Shown here piece after piece: positions 42,165-56,352 of a stretch of 64,000 bases of DNA. Below the pieces are notes generated by a model. It was not told the DNA's origin and made no database searches. It was given only the letters and a program-made list of their open reading frames with translations. Source of the DNA: Octopus vulgaris (Eukaryota); NCBI GenBank assembly GCA_951406725.2, contig OX597831.1:4774001-4838000 (forward strand). The letters run 5' to 3'. The stretch's first letter is position 1. Each line of letters starts with the position of its first letter. Both the position numbers and the translations under genes were made by a program.

Positions 42165-42285
42165 CTAGCAATAAATGCCGTAGGACCATCATTATATCAT
42201 CCGGGGAAACAATGTTCAGTGAAGCAGCACCGTTATGCAGTAAGTCGCGAAAAGCGAAAGGTTAGAATAAATGCATTTAAACATG
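42165..42285 (+). pseudogene. Penelope-like ORF remnant (post-RT linker)
   Basis: translates RRTIIISSGETMFSEAAPLCSKSRKAKG, like the PLE motif RISxLSSxExIFxxAxPxYxxALxxSG (motif recalled, not searched). Confidence 0.45.
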
Positions 42286-42594
42286 GTATTAAAAATACTG
42301 TTTAGCAAACATAATTCTTTTACACTCCCTTCGAGTTAAATACCATTTCTTTCGGTATTCGGGCTCATTTTGCATTCGGTATTCGGGCACGTTATGCTTT
42401 ATCGATTATCTTCATTGGGTGACTTCTAATGTTTTTATTAGGATGATGGCTGTGATTGTCGTTGTTTCACCTGCCAATTCGTTTTTTTCTCTATTTATTA
42501 TTTGTTTATTTATAACATTTCAGATCCCATTTTCTGGAAGGTTTTCCTGAAATTCTTTACCTGTATAGTGTTTCCTGTTGTCCAATTTCGTTGC

Positions 42595-42706
42595 TGTTTT
42601 TTCCATTTTTAATGCATTTTTTTGCTATTTTTTGGCTATAACTCTCTAAAAATGCTTTATAGTTATTTCCCTTACAAACTCGAGCAACGCCGGGCGATAC
42701 TGCTAG
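42595..42706 (+). mobile_element. non-autonomous Helitron 3' part
   Basis: subterminal hairpin CTCGAGCAACGCCGGG then CTAG|T; reverse complement of 42941-43055. Confidence 0.75.
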
Positions 42707-42940
42707 TCTATTATATAATTGAATCCTGTTTTGCTATGTTGTATCTATTTTACCTGAGCACTAGATTTTCTTATCTACTTGGCTGGGCTAGAAGTTTGTT
42801 CGGCATCTGCCGGTTTATTAAAACATTCCCATCCTGTTTTCCCAAAGTTATCGCTGTTTACTTCATATATGATTTCCATAACAGAACTCGCCAAAGCTGC
42901 GTTGTATATAACCCGTGATAGCTTTGCATTTTATACAAGA

Positions 42941-43325
42941 CTAGCAGTATCGCCCGGCGTTGCTCGGGTTTGTAAGGGAAATAACTATATAAGCATTTTT
43001 AGAGAGTTATAGCCAAAAGATAGCAAAAAATGCATTTAAAATGGAAAAAAAATTATGGTAAATTTTTTTTTAAATCGTTGACTCGTCGTAGACATTTTTA
43101 GAGAGTTACTTCCCTTATATAATAGCGAAAAAATGCATTAAAATGGAAAAAAATTATGGTAATTTTTTTTTTAAATCATAGACTCATCGTAGACGCGCGC
43201 TAATACCCAGAAGGGCTCGATATGAATCACGACTATAAGATACCCGGTTTTGATTACACTGCACCGCAAAATGTGGGAGTAGTTAGGAATCTAAATCGTA
43301 GGAGACAGACACACAACTTCACTTT
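42941..43325 (-). mobile_element. non-autonomous Helitron
   Basis: CTAG terminus and hairpin at 42941-42968; 43098-43318 is near-identical to 60121-60335 of the helicase-bearing copy. Confidence 0.85.
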
Positions 43326-43739
43326 AAAAGATGTCTCTTGACTATTGGCTTTAATTTCTTTCCGCGAGCTAATTTGCTTTGCGTTCACTTGGTTCTGACA
43401 TTGTTGTACATTGGGTGCGAATTTCATTGCTGTCATATCATCGGATGCTCAACTATATTTGAATTTCCAACCAACCTATTAAAAACAACTCACTTCCCTT
43501 ATCTGCAATGTGACACGACCTCATTTCTTTGTTATATAATCATATATATATTTCTGCTATTTACAGTGAGTATATATCGGATTCATTTACGCTAGAGGTG
43601 ACACATTATTACTGACACCTTTGTATTTACAGATGTAGATTATGAGTATTAAAATACGCGATTGCTTTACCTTAAACGGCGTGTTTCGGTCACTTTGCAT
43701 GGCTGTGGCAAACTCTGACTTCTACGTATTGAAAGTAGG

Positions 43740-43945
43740 ATCCATAGTCATGAAGAAAGAGTTTAGTGTTGGAACGCTTAGGCTGAAGGGCCTTTAACCA
43801 GGTGATATTTCTTTTCTTATTTTTGTATGATTTATCGTTTGTTTGTACACCTTTGGAATGTTTTCTGGTTTCCTTTTCAAACTGCTTACTCATAGTACTT
43901 CATTATGAATTAGTGCTGCTTCAGCTAATATTTACCTATCGAATG
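43740..43945 (-). pseudogene. Penelope-like ORF remnant
   Basis: minus frames give ILAEAALIHNEVL*VSSL and NKKRNITW../PFSLSV, matching the PLE motifs FxxAxPxYNxALxxSG and RNIxWFNPPFS across frameshifts. Confidence 0.55.
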
Positions 43946-43969
43946 ATTTTATAAAGACTCTCCGATATA

Positions 43970-44132
43970 GGCGTAGGAGTGGCTGAATGGTAAGTAGCTT
44001 GCTTACCAACCCCATGGTTCCGGGTTCAGTCCCACTGCGTGGTACCTTGTACAAGTGTCTTCTACCATAGCCCCGAGCCGACCGAAGCCTTGTGAGTGGA
44101 TTTGATAGACGGAAACTAAAAGAAGCCCGTCG

Positions 44133-44204
<72 letters not shown>

Positions 44205-44409
44205 TATCCCTCCAACATTGCTTGATAACCGATGCTGATGTGTTTACATTCCCGTAACTTAGCAGCTCGGCGAAAAAAAAAACGATAGAATAAGTACTAG
44301 GCTTCCAAAGAATAAGTCCTGGGGTCGATTTGCTCGACTAAAGGCAGTGCTCCAGCATGGCCACAGTCAAATGACTGAAACAAGTAAAAGGGTAAAAGAG
44401 AGTAAAGAG
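43970..44409 (+). mobile_element. SINE family A, full-length reference copy
   Basis: A box GTGGCTGAATGGTAAG, B box GGGTTCAGTCCC, internal (TA)n(TG)n, tail ..CAGTCAAATGACTGAAACAAGTAAAAG repeats, possible TSD GATATA. Confidence 0.95.
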
Positions 44410-44452
44410 ATATATGTTACTTGCGAAGTAAATAATTATAGAAGAGGGTAAA

Positions 44453-44770
44453 GGCGCGTGGTATAGTGGTCAGGGTATTCGGCTCACGATCGGAAGAACG
44501 TGAGTTCAATTCCCGGCGGTACGTTGTACTTTTGAGCAAGACATTTTATTTCACGTTCCTCCAGTCCACTCAGCTGGTATAAATGAGAAGTACCAGTAAT
44601 TCAAAGGGTCAGCCTTGTCACATTATGCGTCACGCTGATTCTTTCTGAGAATTACTTTAAGGTTACGCGTGTCTGTGGAGTGCTCAGCCACTTGCACGTT
44701 GACTTCACGTTCAGGCTGTTCCGTTGATCGGATCAACTGGAAACCTCATCGTCGCAACCGACGGAGTGCC
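44453..44770 (+). mobile_element. tRNA-derived SINE, family C, full length
   Basis: A and B boxes; TTGAGCAAGACA..CCAGTCCACTCAGCTG..AAATGAG core; homologous to 34897-35166. Confidence 0.85.
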
Positions 44771-45049
44771 AGTACAGAAGGGAAGGATCAAGTCTTTGAT
44801 TCAGTTTTCTATAATGAAAATGTTTCCTCCTGTTTAGATTTAGTGTTTTATCAATGAAATTAACAACCGATAGGTTGCTGGGGATCGATATTTTGTGGTT
44901 GATTTCGTGTATTTGTTGTTCTAAATTGCTTAAGTTTTTGTCCGTTCATGTTTAGGAGATTGTTAGGCATATTCGTCTCTGCAAATTCATATTGAAGAGT
45001 GAGTGATTATGTAGAATTCATAGTTTGCATGTCAGTACATGCATATTTG

Positions 45050-45123
<74 letters not shown>

Positions 45124-45743
45124 ATATATATATATATGTGTATATATATATGTATATATATATATATGTATATATATATATGTATGTACGTGTGTGTGTA
45201 TGTGTGATGTGTGCGTTTACACTCATACACACACACACACGTAATCTTAAATGAAGAAAAAATTCAGTTTGGGTGATGACTTTTGGAACGCTATAATAGG
45301 GTCAGATAATAGTGTCAGAGTTGACAAGGCCTAAAAGTACAACTGTAACAGCACCCCACTGCAATGTGACCTTAGTGCCGTAAGATATGATTCGGTTGTT
45401 GTTTCTAGGAAGTCGTAACTTCCTCGTTGTCTTGTCCTTGAAATTCGTGGTGTTTGTAGAGTGAAATATTTATCATAGATTTTTGTTATCAGGAAAACTA
45501 AGTTACGGCTGCTTATTTAATCGATAATCAGTCCTTTGGCCAATTGCACGTGCTATATACACCTGCAGGTGCACCTGCTAATTGTAGCCGTGCTCAGGGG
45601 AAATCATTTCTTATTGAGATAACAAAAAGAAATAAATTTCATATCTTTTTTTCCGTTGCTGCAATTGAGGTCGCGTAAATGACACACATGTCAGCACCGA
45701 GACATAAGCAGACGCATACATATATACACAACCGCACACAGAC

Positions 45744-45797
<54 letters not shown>

Positions 45798-45926
45798 ACA
45801 CACACGCACGCACACATACATACATACACAAATACACACTCACCCACACAAATTCACAGCCAATGATACTCGTAAGCACTGAGAAATAATCTCCCTTAAA
45901 CATAAAAAAATGCGATGTGTGTGTAC

Positions 45927-45972
<46 letters not shown>

Positions 45973-45991
45973 ATATATAATATATATATAG

Positions 45992-46022
<31 letters not shown>

Positions 46023-46172
46023 CATATGTATATGTATATAAAATTTGTGTACATTTAAACACAAAAGGAGGTGAGCCTTAACAGGTCGCCTTACATGATA
46101 GAAGAAACAGTCAAAAAGTCCAAGCCACAGTTAAGAGCAATTTCGAAGGGAATGAAAAATATACCATGTATA

Positions 46173-46217
<45 letters not shown>

Positions 46218-46229
46218 TTATGTTCCAGC

Positions 46230-46261
<32 letters not shown>

Positions 46262-47364
46262 GCTGGAACATAAAAATTACACGAACCAACATATCTTTAA
46301 TAGTGGAAATAACCTCAAAGCAAGCATTCTCTAAAACAGTTCTCAACATCTTACAGCGCTGCTGGGAAGATTTCAGCATACCTTTGAATAAAATATCCAC
46401 GTCTGTCGAAGATTTTTTTGGAATCGTTTCTAACATCCGCCGCAAGCATGGATACTAGTCTTATCAATATATCAGGAATTCTGAATCCATCAATGGAAAA
46501 CATCTAAAGAAATCACCCGGATTGAACAACATCCTAACAGAACTCATTTAGAATGGAATTTTACAGTTAATAACAAGACCTTTTATTTTTATTCTTTAAA
46601 TGTCGGAAATCCTGAGAATACCTGTTCATCTGTAGAATGCATAGTAATGAGGATCTTTACCATTTTAAAGAAAAGAAGCTGTAGGAGCATCTTTGGGGAT
46701 TATCACGACATAATCCGGCTTTGTTTCTTAGTAAACATGTCTCCCGGACTCCTACATCCGGAATCAGAAGATACTATCTGAATCCTTGGATGTCTCCAGG
46801 AGTACAATCGAGATGATAATCTGTCCAAGAATAGTTCAAGTTTGAGAATAAAGACAATCTCTTCCATACAGGAAATGGTAAGCATCATTGATAAGGAACC
46901 GTAATTTGTGACATATTTTGCCTGCCTTCACCAATTTCTGACAAGAATTCTGAAGATTTCTTTTTCCAACCATGAATGGATTGGAATAAGTTTGAGTATT
47001 TGCTCCAACACCTAACTTCTAATATTTGGCAACACAACTCCACGAACAATCTATACAAATACAGGAATGGAGACGGTCTGCGATTCTATAGCAGACGTTA
47101 TAATCCATCAAGGCGCGACTCACAAAATCTGGCCAGCTTCAAATAGAAACCCGAACAGCAGACTGAAGGCGACAATGCGTCACTAAATGATAGCCAAGTG
47201 CAACAATCAATTGCCAGCTAAAAGGAGGCATACAGACACTTTGGTTTGATCATAAATATCCATAAGGCACGCGATGCTTGTGCCACCTGCTCTGAGGACA
47301 GTCCTTCTAGATTTCAACATCACCAACACCCGTTTTGGCCAGGTAAATCATTTTTCCTACGTTT

Positions 47365-47880
47365 GGTGTGTGTGTGTGTGTGAGTGTGTATTTGTGAGTG
47401 TATGTATCTATGTGTGCATGTATGAGTGTATGTGTGTGTAAGTGTGTATGTGTGTATATGTATGTGCGTATGTGTGTGTACATGTGTGTGTATGTGTGCA
47501 TATGTATATGTGTGTATGTGTGTGTATGTATGGTGTGTGTGTGTGTATGTGTGATTGTATGTGTGTATGTGTGTGTAACTGAGTGTCTATGTGTGTGTGT
47601 GTGTGTATGTGTGTATGTGCGAGTGTATGTATGTGTATTGTGTGTACGTCTGTATATGTATGTGTGTGTATCTGAGTGTCTGTGTGTGTATGTGTGTGTG
47701 CATGTGTGTATATGTGTGTGTATGTGTGTATATGTATGTGTATATCTGAGTGCTTATGTGTGTGTGTGTGTGAGTGTATGTGTGTGTACATGTGTATATG
47801 TATGTGTGTATATATGAGTATGTATGTGTGTGTATGTGTGTATATGTGTGTGTATGTGTGCGTATGTGTGTGTATGTGTG
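47365..47880. repeat. degenerate (TG)n/(TATG)n tract
   Basis: direct inspection. Confidence 0.9.
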
Positions 47881-48322
47881 GGGGTCCGTTCCATGTAATG
47901 CAAGCAGGTCTTGGTCCTTTTAAATTGTCACCGATAATTCTGTAACTTTGGCTTCTTTTTTTGCTTGTTTTCTTTTTTAGGTAAGGGTATTGATCTTGCA
48001 CAAACCCATTTTTTTTTTACCTCAGGGAGGAGGTGACTCGTATTAGTCTGGCCCCATCCTTTGATGTATCCAACACAGGAACCCCTCCCAGGGGCATGGG
48101 CTCCGCCGCAATAGCTCTTTCATTGAGTCACACAAGCTACTAAAGCCATTACACTGCAACCAGGCCTCAATCTCGTGGCAGACAAATTACTGCGGTCCAA
48201 AATAGTTACAGCTTATTAGCAATTGGTTTACACGTCCTCATCAGACGGCTCCTTGATGTTTGTCGTTCGCTGATGAAATCAAATACGATTAAGATAATTC
48301 TCCTCTGTTACTATCCCCCGTC

Positions 48323-48644
48323 ACTAGCGTAGCTAGAGTGTGTGCCGCCCAGGACGGCCCTTCCGTCTCCGCCCCCGGACTCCACAAAAAACATATTCTT
48401 TTCTACTCTAGGCACAAGGCCCAAAATTTTTTGGGGAGGGGGCCAGTTGATTAGATCGGCCCCAGTACGTAACTGGTACTTAATTTATCGACCCCGAAAG
48501 GATGAAAGGCAAAGTCGACTTCACAAAACAAAACCCAAAAGGCACATCGCCTACAGCAATAGCCTAACAGGATGAAAAGTGCCGCTCTTTTAAAAGTGTC
48601 ACCCGAGGCAGACTGCTCCTATCGCCCCACCTAGCTACGCCAGT
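48323..48644. mobile_element. MITE with TIRs, containing a SINE fragment
   Basis: ACTAGCGTAGCTAG ... CTAGCTACGCCAGT (13/14 inverted match). Confidence 0.65.
48395..48521 (-). mobile_element. SINE family D (Meta-domain-like) 3' fragment
   Basis: minus strand GTCGACTTTGCCTTTCATCCTTTCGGGGTCGATAAATTAAGTACCAG; CACAAAA on both flanks. Confidence 0.8.
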
Positions 48645-49293
48645 TTCCTCCATAAAGATTTTGCCAGTCCAAAGCATTTTCATCAATGTTTGTTTTCAGA
48701 CTTGTAGTTTAAACCCTTGCTTCATACGCTCTGAGAAACGTAGTTCTAAATACCAAATATGTCCGGTAGTGGTGAAAAAGATTGATAAACGCGTATCATA
48801 TAAGGCATGGGATACCAGAGAAATTCGTCCTGTGTATTGCATGTTCTCAACATTGCAACCAGTTTGCAATAAAAAATAAAATTTAAAAAAAAACAAGAAA
48901 ATCAAATTTACGATGAAACATAGGAATTGCTTGCTTTCAAACGGTTTAGTAAGCCATTCAAATTATCTCCCCTGTGCAAGTTTGCATGGCTACAATTTTT
49001 TTCTCCCTGAAAAAAAAAATGACCACTTTCAAGTCGTTAACCAATTTTTTTTTGTATACATCCATTAATACATCCGTACACGTGTGTGTGTATCTGTGTG
49101 TGTGTATGAGTATGCATAGATATATAAAGAATATGAGGGGATTAGTTCACTTGTGATCTAAATGAATAGGCTATACACACACAGAGACGCACGTGCTTAT
49201 ATTTATGTATTCATACACGCGCAGAGACGCACATTTATAAGTATATATGCGTGTGAATGCGTATGTGTTTGCATATATATATACATAAATATG

Positions 49294-49343
<50 letters not shown>

Positions 49344-49886
49344 AATATATTATAATATATATAATACAATATAATATAAATATAACATAAATATATTATA
49401 TATATACATATATAAATACATTATATAATATATATATATAATATAAATATATTATATATATATAATTGGCGCACACGGAGGATCATGGGAATCTATGATA
49501 AAATATTTAATATAAAAAGCGTGATAATATATATATGAGAATTATTAATAATATATATGCGGAAAATATAATGAATAATAATAGTTTAGTTTTGTTTGTT
49601 TAATTAAGATGTTTTCATGTTTAATAATTGTTATTTCAATGGGAGACTCTGCAAGCGAGAGTCGCAGATCGTCGTCTCTACCGATCCAGAACAGAATAAT
49701 ATACATTTCTAAATAAGAAAAAAAGAGATGAATATATGGCGCTGTTTGTAAATGTGTTTATAGGTTGGTGATGGTGGGGGTGGGGGTGGGGGCTGTTGCC
49801 TGCGGGTTTTGTTAAAAAAAATCTTCCTATAAAAATTCATAGAGCATGACTAATTCATTTATATATGTAATTGTATGTATGTAAAC

Positions 49887-49923
<37 letters not shown>

Positions 49924-50514
49924 CATTCACTTGAGTGTATCTGCGCGCGCATGTGTTTGTGTGTGTATCTTGTGCTTGTGTGTGTGTGTGTGTGGAGGGA
50001 TCTGTTTGGTGAATCCGAAATCGGTCTTTGATAATTACATTTTGCGATCTAATTTTTTGTGGTGAATCTAATAGATTCACTCAAACGATATTTAATGGTG
50101 AGATTATGTGTTAGGATTTCTGTGTATATGTGTGTGTATATAAATAGATTCACATTTGGGTGTCTATATATATATATATATTATATGTGTGTATGTGTGT
50201 GTGTATGTATATATATATATATATATTATATACATATATATACACACATACATACAGGCATTTAAATATATATAGCATATACATACATATTTATATATAT
50301 ATACATAAGAATATGTAGATATATATATGGAACCGTTCATATAATCGCAACAATACAAGAAAAACGCGTATATATATATATATGTATGTCTGTATACATA
50401 TGTATACATATGTGTATATATATATTTATGTGTATGTGTGTGTTTATTCATTTACATATACATGTAAATATATATATACGTGCGTATATATACATATATA
50501 TATATTTTCTAAAA

Positions 50515-50842
50515 TTTATTTATTTCTTTCAGTCATTTACCTGCGGCCGTGCTGGAGCACCGCCCTTAGTTGGGCAAATCAACCCGATGACTTATTTTTT
50601 GTAAGCCTAGTACTTATTCTATCAGGCTCTTTTGCCGAACCGCTAAGATACGGCGGCGTATACACACCAGTATCGGTTGTCAAGTGATGTTGGGATGACA
50701 AACACAGACACACAAACACACACATACGTATATATACATATATATATAAGATGGGTTTCTTTAAGGTTCCGTCTACCAAATCCACTCACAAGGCTTTGGT
50801 CGATTCTAGGCTATAGTAGAATACAGATGCCCAAGGGTGGCA
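50515..50842 (-). mobile_element. SINE family A, 5'-truncated
   Basis: homology to 43970-44409. Confidence 0.85.
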
Positions 50843-50961
50843 CGAAGTTTTAGCACGGGTTTTCATGTGCATAGCTTTTTCTCTGCTTGTATCTAGCACG
50901 TCAAATTCTGGAATTTGTATTTGGAATCCACTTATATATTCCTTTGCTTGATTTGTTACTG

Positions 50962-51059
50962 ATTATTATTATTATTATTATTTATCATCATCATCATCAT
51001 CATCATCTACATCATCATCATCATTATTATTATTATTGTTATTATTATTATTATTATCA

Positions 51060-51147
<88 letters not shown>
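50962..51147. repeat. (TAT)n/(CAT)n trinucleotide microsatellite
   Basis: direct inspection. Confidence 0.97.
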
Positions 51148-51151
<4 letters not shown>

Positions 51152-51807
51152 TTGATTTTTGCTTTGCATTTGTACAAGTTGGTTCCAATTCTCACCCAGA
51201 GACCTCAAGAAGCAACAAGTTGAAAGTTCATGTTTGGTGTTATGCCTAGGGTGTCATATATTTCTTTTGCTATCATTCCTAGTTCACGTACGACAACAGG
51301 TATAGTTTTAGTCTTCAGGTTCCACATGTTGCCAATTTCTATTTCAAGACCTTTATACAGAAACTTTCGGCTCTTGTGCCACCGCGTTGCTTCTTAGAAA
51401 CATTTAAAAACATATACATATATACATACACATGTTTTGTGTTCTATTTTATCCAGTTTGCATCGCCGAACGCCCCCCCCCACACACACACACACACGAA
51501 GGACGTCTTTCGATTTCCCTTGCTTTAAATTCACAAACCCAACACAAAGCTGTGGTCTGTCCTGGTCTACAGTAGAAGACCCAAAGTGAAGCGTAGCGCG
51601 CCTGGGCCCAGAACCATTGTTGTTGAGAAAGCAACTTCTTACCTGATAGCTAGTTAGTGTTTCTTTACACTTTACCCAGCATGCTTCAGCTCTCGAATAA
51701 TAGAAAGGTGGAGAAGCTGAAACGACTTCTTGCCAAACTCTAAATAAAATATGGCGACTTCGTTTCAAATTTCAACATGTTTTATTATGACCAAAATTTT
51801 CTAAACA

Positions 51808-52225
51808 TATACAGACAGACAGACAAGCATACATATTTATATACATACAGACAGACAGGCATACATGCAGACATATATGCATACATACAAACAAACATAC
51901 ATATATACATACAGACAGACATACATACAGGCATACATATATGCATACATACAGACATGCATACAGACAGACAGACAAGCATATATATATATATATATAT
52001 ATATATACGTATATACAGAAATACATACATACATACATGCATACATACATACATAAAGACAGACATACATATATACATACATACAGACATACATACATAA
52101 ATACAGACAGACAGACAGACATACAGACATATATGCATACATACAAACATACATATATACATACATACAGACATACATACAGGCATACATATATGCATAT
52201 ATACAGACATGCATACAGACAAACA

Positions 52226-52275
<50 letters not shown>

Positions 52276-52470
52276 CGTATATACAGAAATACATACATAT
52301 ATACATGCATACATACAGACAGACAGACAGACATACATATATACATACATACAGACATACATACATAAATACAGACAGTCAGACAGACAGACAGATATAG
52401 AAACATATATGCATATATACAAACAAACATAGATATATACATACATACAGACATACATGTATGCTAACAT
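51808..52470. repeat. compound (ACAG)/(ACAT)/(AT) tract with internal duplications
   Basis: direct inspection. Confidence 0.9.
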
Positions 52471-52474
52471 ACAT

Positions 52475-52563
52475 GGCACTTTCCTAAAGAGTCACTCAGC
52501 GGGACTGAACCCGGAATCATGTATTTAGGAAACAAGTTCTTACCCCCAGCCACGCCTGCACCT
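52475..52563 (-). mobile_element. SINE family A head fragment
   Basis: GCGGGACTGAACCCGGAATCATG..CAAGTTCTTACC..CAGCCACGCCTGCACC. Confidence 0.7.
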
Positions 52564-52890
52564 ATGTATACCCCACCACACACACACACACGGGCGCCCG
52601 TTTTTTTTTTATGTAGATAGACCGTCTCGCGTTACTGTTGTGTAAGATTAAGACATTAAGACCACCTCTGGTCAGTTCAGTGTCTAATACGAGAGAAATA
52701 TCGGACCGCTCACTTTTACATTGATCGACACGAATAAAAGATTAATTGCTGACCTTCTACGGATATTTTACAGATTACACCGAGGTTATCTCCTCCTGGC
52801 TCAAACGTTTTGTAGATCAAATACATATATCTTGTCGAGATATGTATGTGTGGATACGCATTGAACTACATTTGAGTGTGTGCGATTGTT

Positions 52891-52963
<73 letters not shown>

Positions 52964-53019
52964 GTATATTTATATATGTATACATATATATATATATGTA
53001 TATATTTATATATGTATAC

Positions 53020-53078
<59 letters not shown>

Positions 53079-54717
53079 ATGTGCGTGTTTACAAATATGT
53101 GTGTGTGTCTTTGTCTATGATAAATAATTTAAATCTATAGAGGTGAGTGTGTGTATATATATATTTATGTAGATGCATTGATGTATATGAGACTCACATG
53201 CGCATGCTCACACACAGCAAAATATATTTATACTTTTGAATGTGAAATTAGGTTGTATAAATATATGCGTATAGTAGTGTGTTTCTGTAGGTTTGTACAT
53301 ATGAAATAATAAGTTGATGGCTTTGTGTGTTAGAATAGGTTATATACGTGTATTCGTGAGCTTGTGTGTAAGCTTGTATGAGTGTTCATTTGTAAAATAT
53401 ATATGTGTATGTATAGTTAGGTAGTGGGTAGCGATTTTCTTCACTACTTCAGGGAGTGACGACCCTGCCTAACACGAGTCCCGTGCTCAACTGGCTCCGG
53501 CTGACAGTACCTGGTATGGGCCCCTATCCAGTATTACGGAAAGGAGACAACCTTCAAAGAAATCCGGAGTGGAGGCCCTTAGGCAGTTTAGTGTTCGACT
53601 CGACACTCTTCCGGCAGTTCTTGCAACCAAGCTGGTGCCAAACGTAATGCTCTGCACTCCTTTGGACTACGTCAGCAAGGTCGAGAGAGGAATCCTGATG
53701 ATTGGGCTACCCAGGATTTTCTTACATCTAGCCCAGGCCTGCGCAAAACTGGAGAGGACATGAAATGTAAAAACCAGACTGGATTAGTTTATGCGCAACT
53801 CCATTGTCTCTCGAGACAAAAAGATGCCAACAACATGTATAGTAGTGGAAATTAATTTGATATTTTATTGTCAATAAAACCATATATACATTCGAAACGT
53901 GTACATCACCCACATCTATTACCAGAGCCGCCCTAGCAGCATTGTAGACCCCTAGTGTAGGTTCAGCGACTATCTAGTTATAGCAAGAGCCCTCAGAAAT
54001 TTTGGGTTGATGTTCTGCGTTCTGGTAGGCCAGTGAGAACGAGTGAGGCACCCGTCAGTTTTTGTTAAAACGTTTATTTATGAGAAGGTCATTCTGTTAT
54101 AAAACCGGGTATAAAGGTATAAGATACTCGGGGTATCTTTTGTGTGCACTTGAAATCATGGTGCTACTGTATTTCTGAGCCTGCAGACCATATTTGCACT
54201 GGACGTCTTGCTGTGGATTGACTCTGGATCATTTCAGTAGAGTGGAGATGGTTTACGAGTTGCTGTGCAAGCCTTATTAGACCCAGCAGTTGAGGTTGCT
54301 CGATTGCCAGCGGAACGGCTTTCTGATGCCGGTCGAGTAGGAAGGCACCGCGGTGAGCATGGAAGCCGCGCTTATATTAAACTTATGCAGATGCATTATT
54401 GACACACTTTGCATGAGCAATGGTCAATGACGGTCTTCCATGTTCACGAGTAGACAGCCATAATATGTATGTATGTATATATATATATATATACTCTTTA
54501 TCTTTTATTAAGCTTTTAATACTTTTGATATATATTTAAAATAATATAAATTAATTAATGTTACGTATTGGCTTATGTTTTTCATTGTTTGATTTGCCTA
54601 ATAATGGTTTTATCTCTAATTTAATATAATATAATATAATATATTTATACTATAAAATTGGATTTAATCCTAAATCTGATTTTTCCCTGTAAGTTTGGAT
54701 TTATTCCCTAATATTTT

Positions 54718-54768
<51 letters not shown>

Positions 54769-55939
54769 AAACCATGGTTCGCTTTGTTCTCTTACTTTAT
54801 TATCATCTTATAATCATTTCATAATAATGACTTTTATGAATCTTATTACTACCTCAGTCTATCTAAATGTATATATTTGTCGTCACCTATCATAAATAGC
54901 CTTTTTATATTTGCAATGTGCATTTTCGTTGATTTTACATATTTTACCCTTACATTACCATGTGTATTTTATATTTTCTTTTTGTAACATATTTCTACTA
55001 TATATATACATACATACATACATACACACATATGTGTGTGCGTATGTTTGTGTGTTTGTGTATGCTTGTATGTCTGTATATATGTATGCATGTATATACG
55101 TATATGTTCGTATGTGTGTATGCATATATGTATATGTATGCGTATTTGCGTACATGCTTGTATATGTGTATACGTATGTATGTATGTATGTATGTATGTA
55201 TGTATGTATGTATACACTGTGCCCTCAGGCAGTGAAGTGGTTCACGCCGCTAGCACCCAAGAATTTGAACACAACAATCACGAAGTATTTTTCGAGGTAA
55301 TTCTTCAAGCAAAAAGAAAGAAGACCAGATGGTACCTTGCCACGTGATGTGTGATGTCATCTATGCTTTGCCTGTTAACCTGAAAATATAAGCAAAAATG
55401 AGAAGTTCGTTATTGTCATTGCGTTTATCATTGTTGTATTGCAGTTTGTGATGTAATACTTCTCCGTCAAACAAATGACAACGATTTTAACCATCATTAA
55501 ATTGTATAATTCTGTCCAGGATAGACTATGTCATATAAATAGATTAACCCTGATTTACCCATCACAGACTTTGCTTCCAGATGTATTTAGTATTTCTTTA
55601 GTGACAGCTGCCGAAACATTTAATGTGTCGTTATAGTCTAACTTTAAAGAGTTTTGCAGTTAACCCACTGTTAAACAGCGAATTAACAGAGAATCAGGGT
55701 TATATTGTTATCAATTGTGCTACCTTGGTACACGATGCAGTTATTCATGTTTTTATTATCATTTCTCACGTCTTACTTTATTTATTGTCGAAGGATAATG
55801 TAGTTATATATTGTTTGTACGGGTATGTGTATATGTATGTGTGTGTGTTATCTCTCTCTTTCTCTGTCTATCTGTCTGCCTGCCTATCTGTCTGTCTGTC
55901 TCTCTGTCTTTTTCTTTCTCTCTTTCTCTCTCTCTCCCT

Positions 55940-55973
<34 letters not shown>

Positions 55974-55976
55974 CTA

Positions 55977-56020
<44 letters not shown>

Positions 56021-56352
56021 CAGATGGAGTACTTTTGTGTTGGTCTTTCTATGACGGAGTGTACATTATATATATGAGTGTGAGTGTGCGTGTGTGTGTA
56101 AGTGTAAGATAATGGCCATTACATACTTTTCCTTTACTGGGGCAAATTTGACGTACAGCTGTTTCGAATTGTCATTATAGGTATATTATAGATAAGTTTA
56201 CTCATTTGATCTATTGATAAATTGTGAAAAGTTGAATGACCTAAGAAAATTAATGCTACTTTCATTAGAGACATTTCTGCAAATAACAAGCAGAGCACTG
56301 AAATAATATTGCATATATATATATATATATATATATTTTATTTTATAGAAGG

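Noticed and set aside
43970-44045. tRNA genes at A/B-box motifs (also 4234, 27840, 44453, 59420)
   Set aside because: No full cloverleaf, and each continues into a SINE body.
48200-48252. CTGATGA on the minus strand as a hammerhead
   Set aside because: No GAAA or stem III follows.
53690-53725. CTGATGA-TTGGG..CCCAG as a hammerhead
   Set aside because: It lacks GAAA and a UH cleavage triplet.
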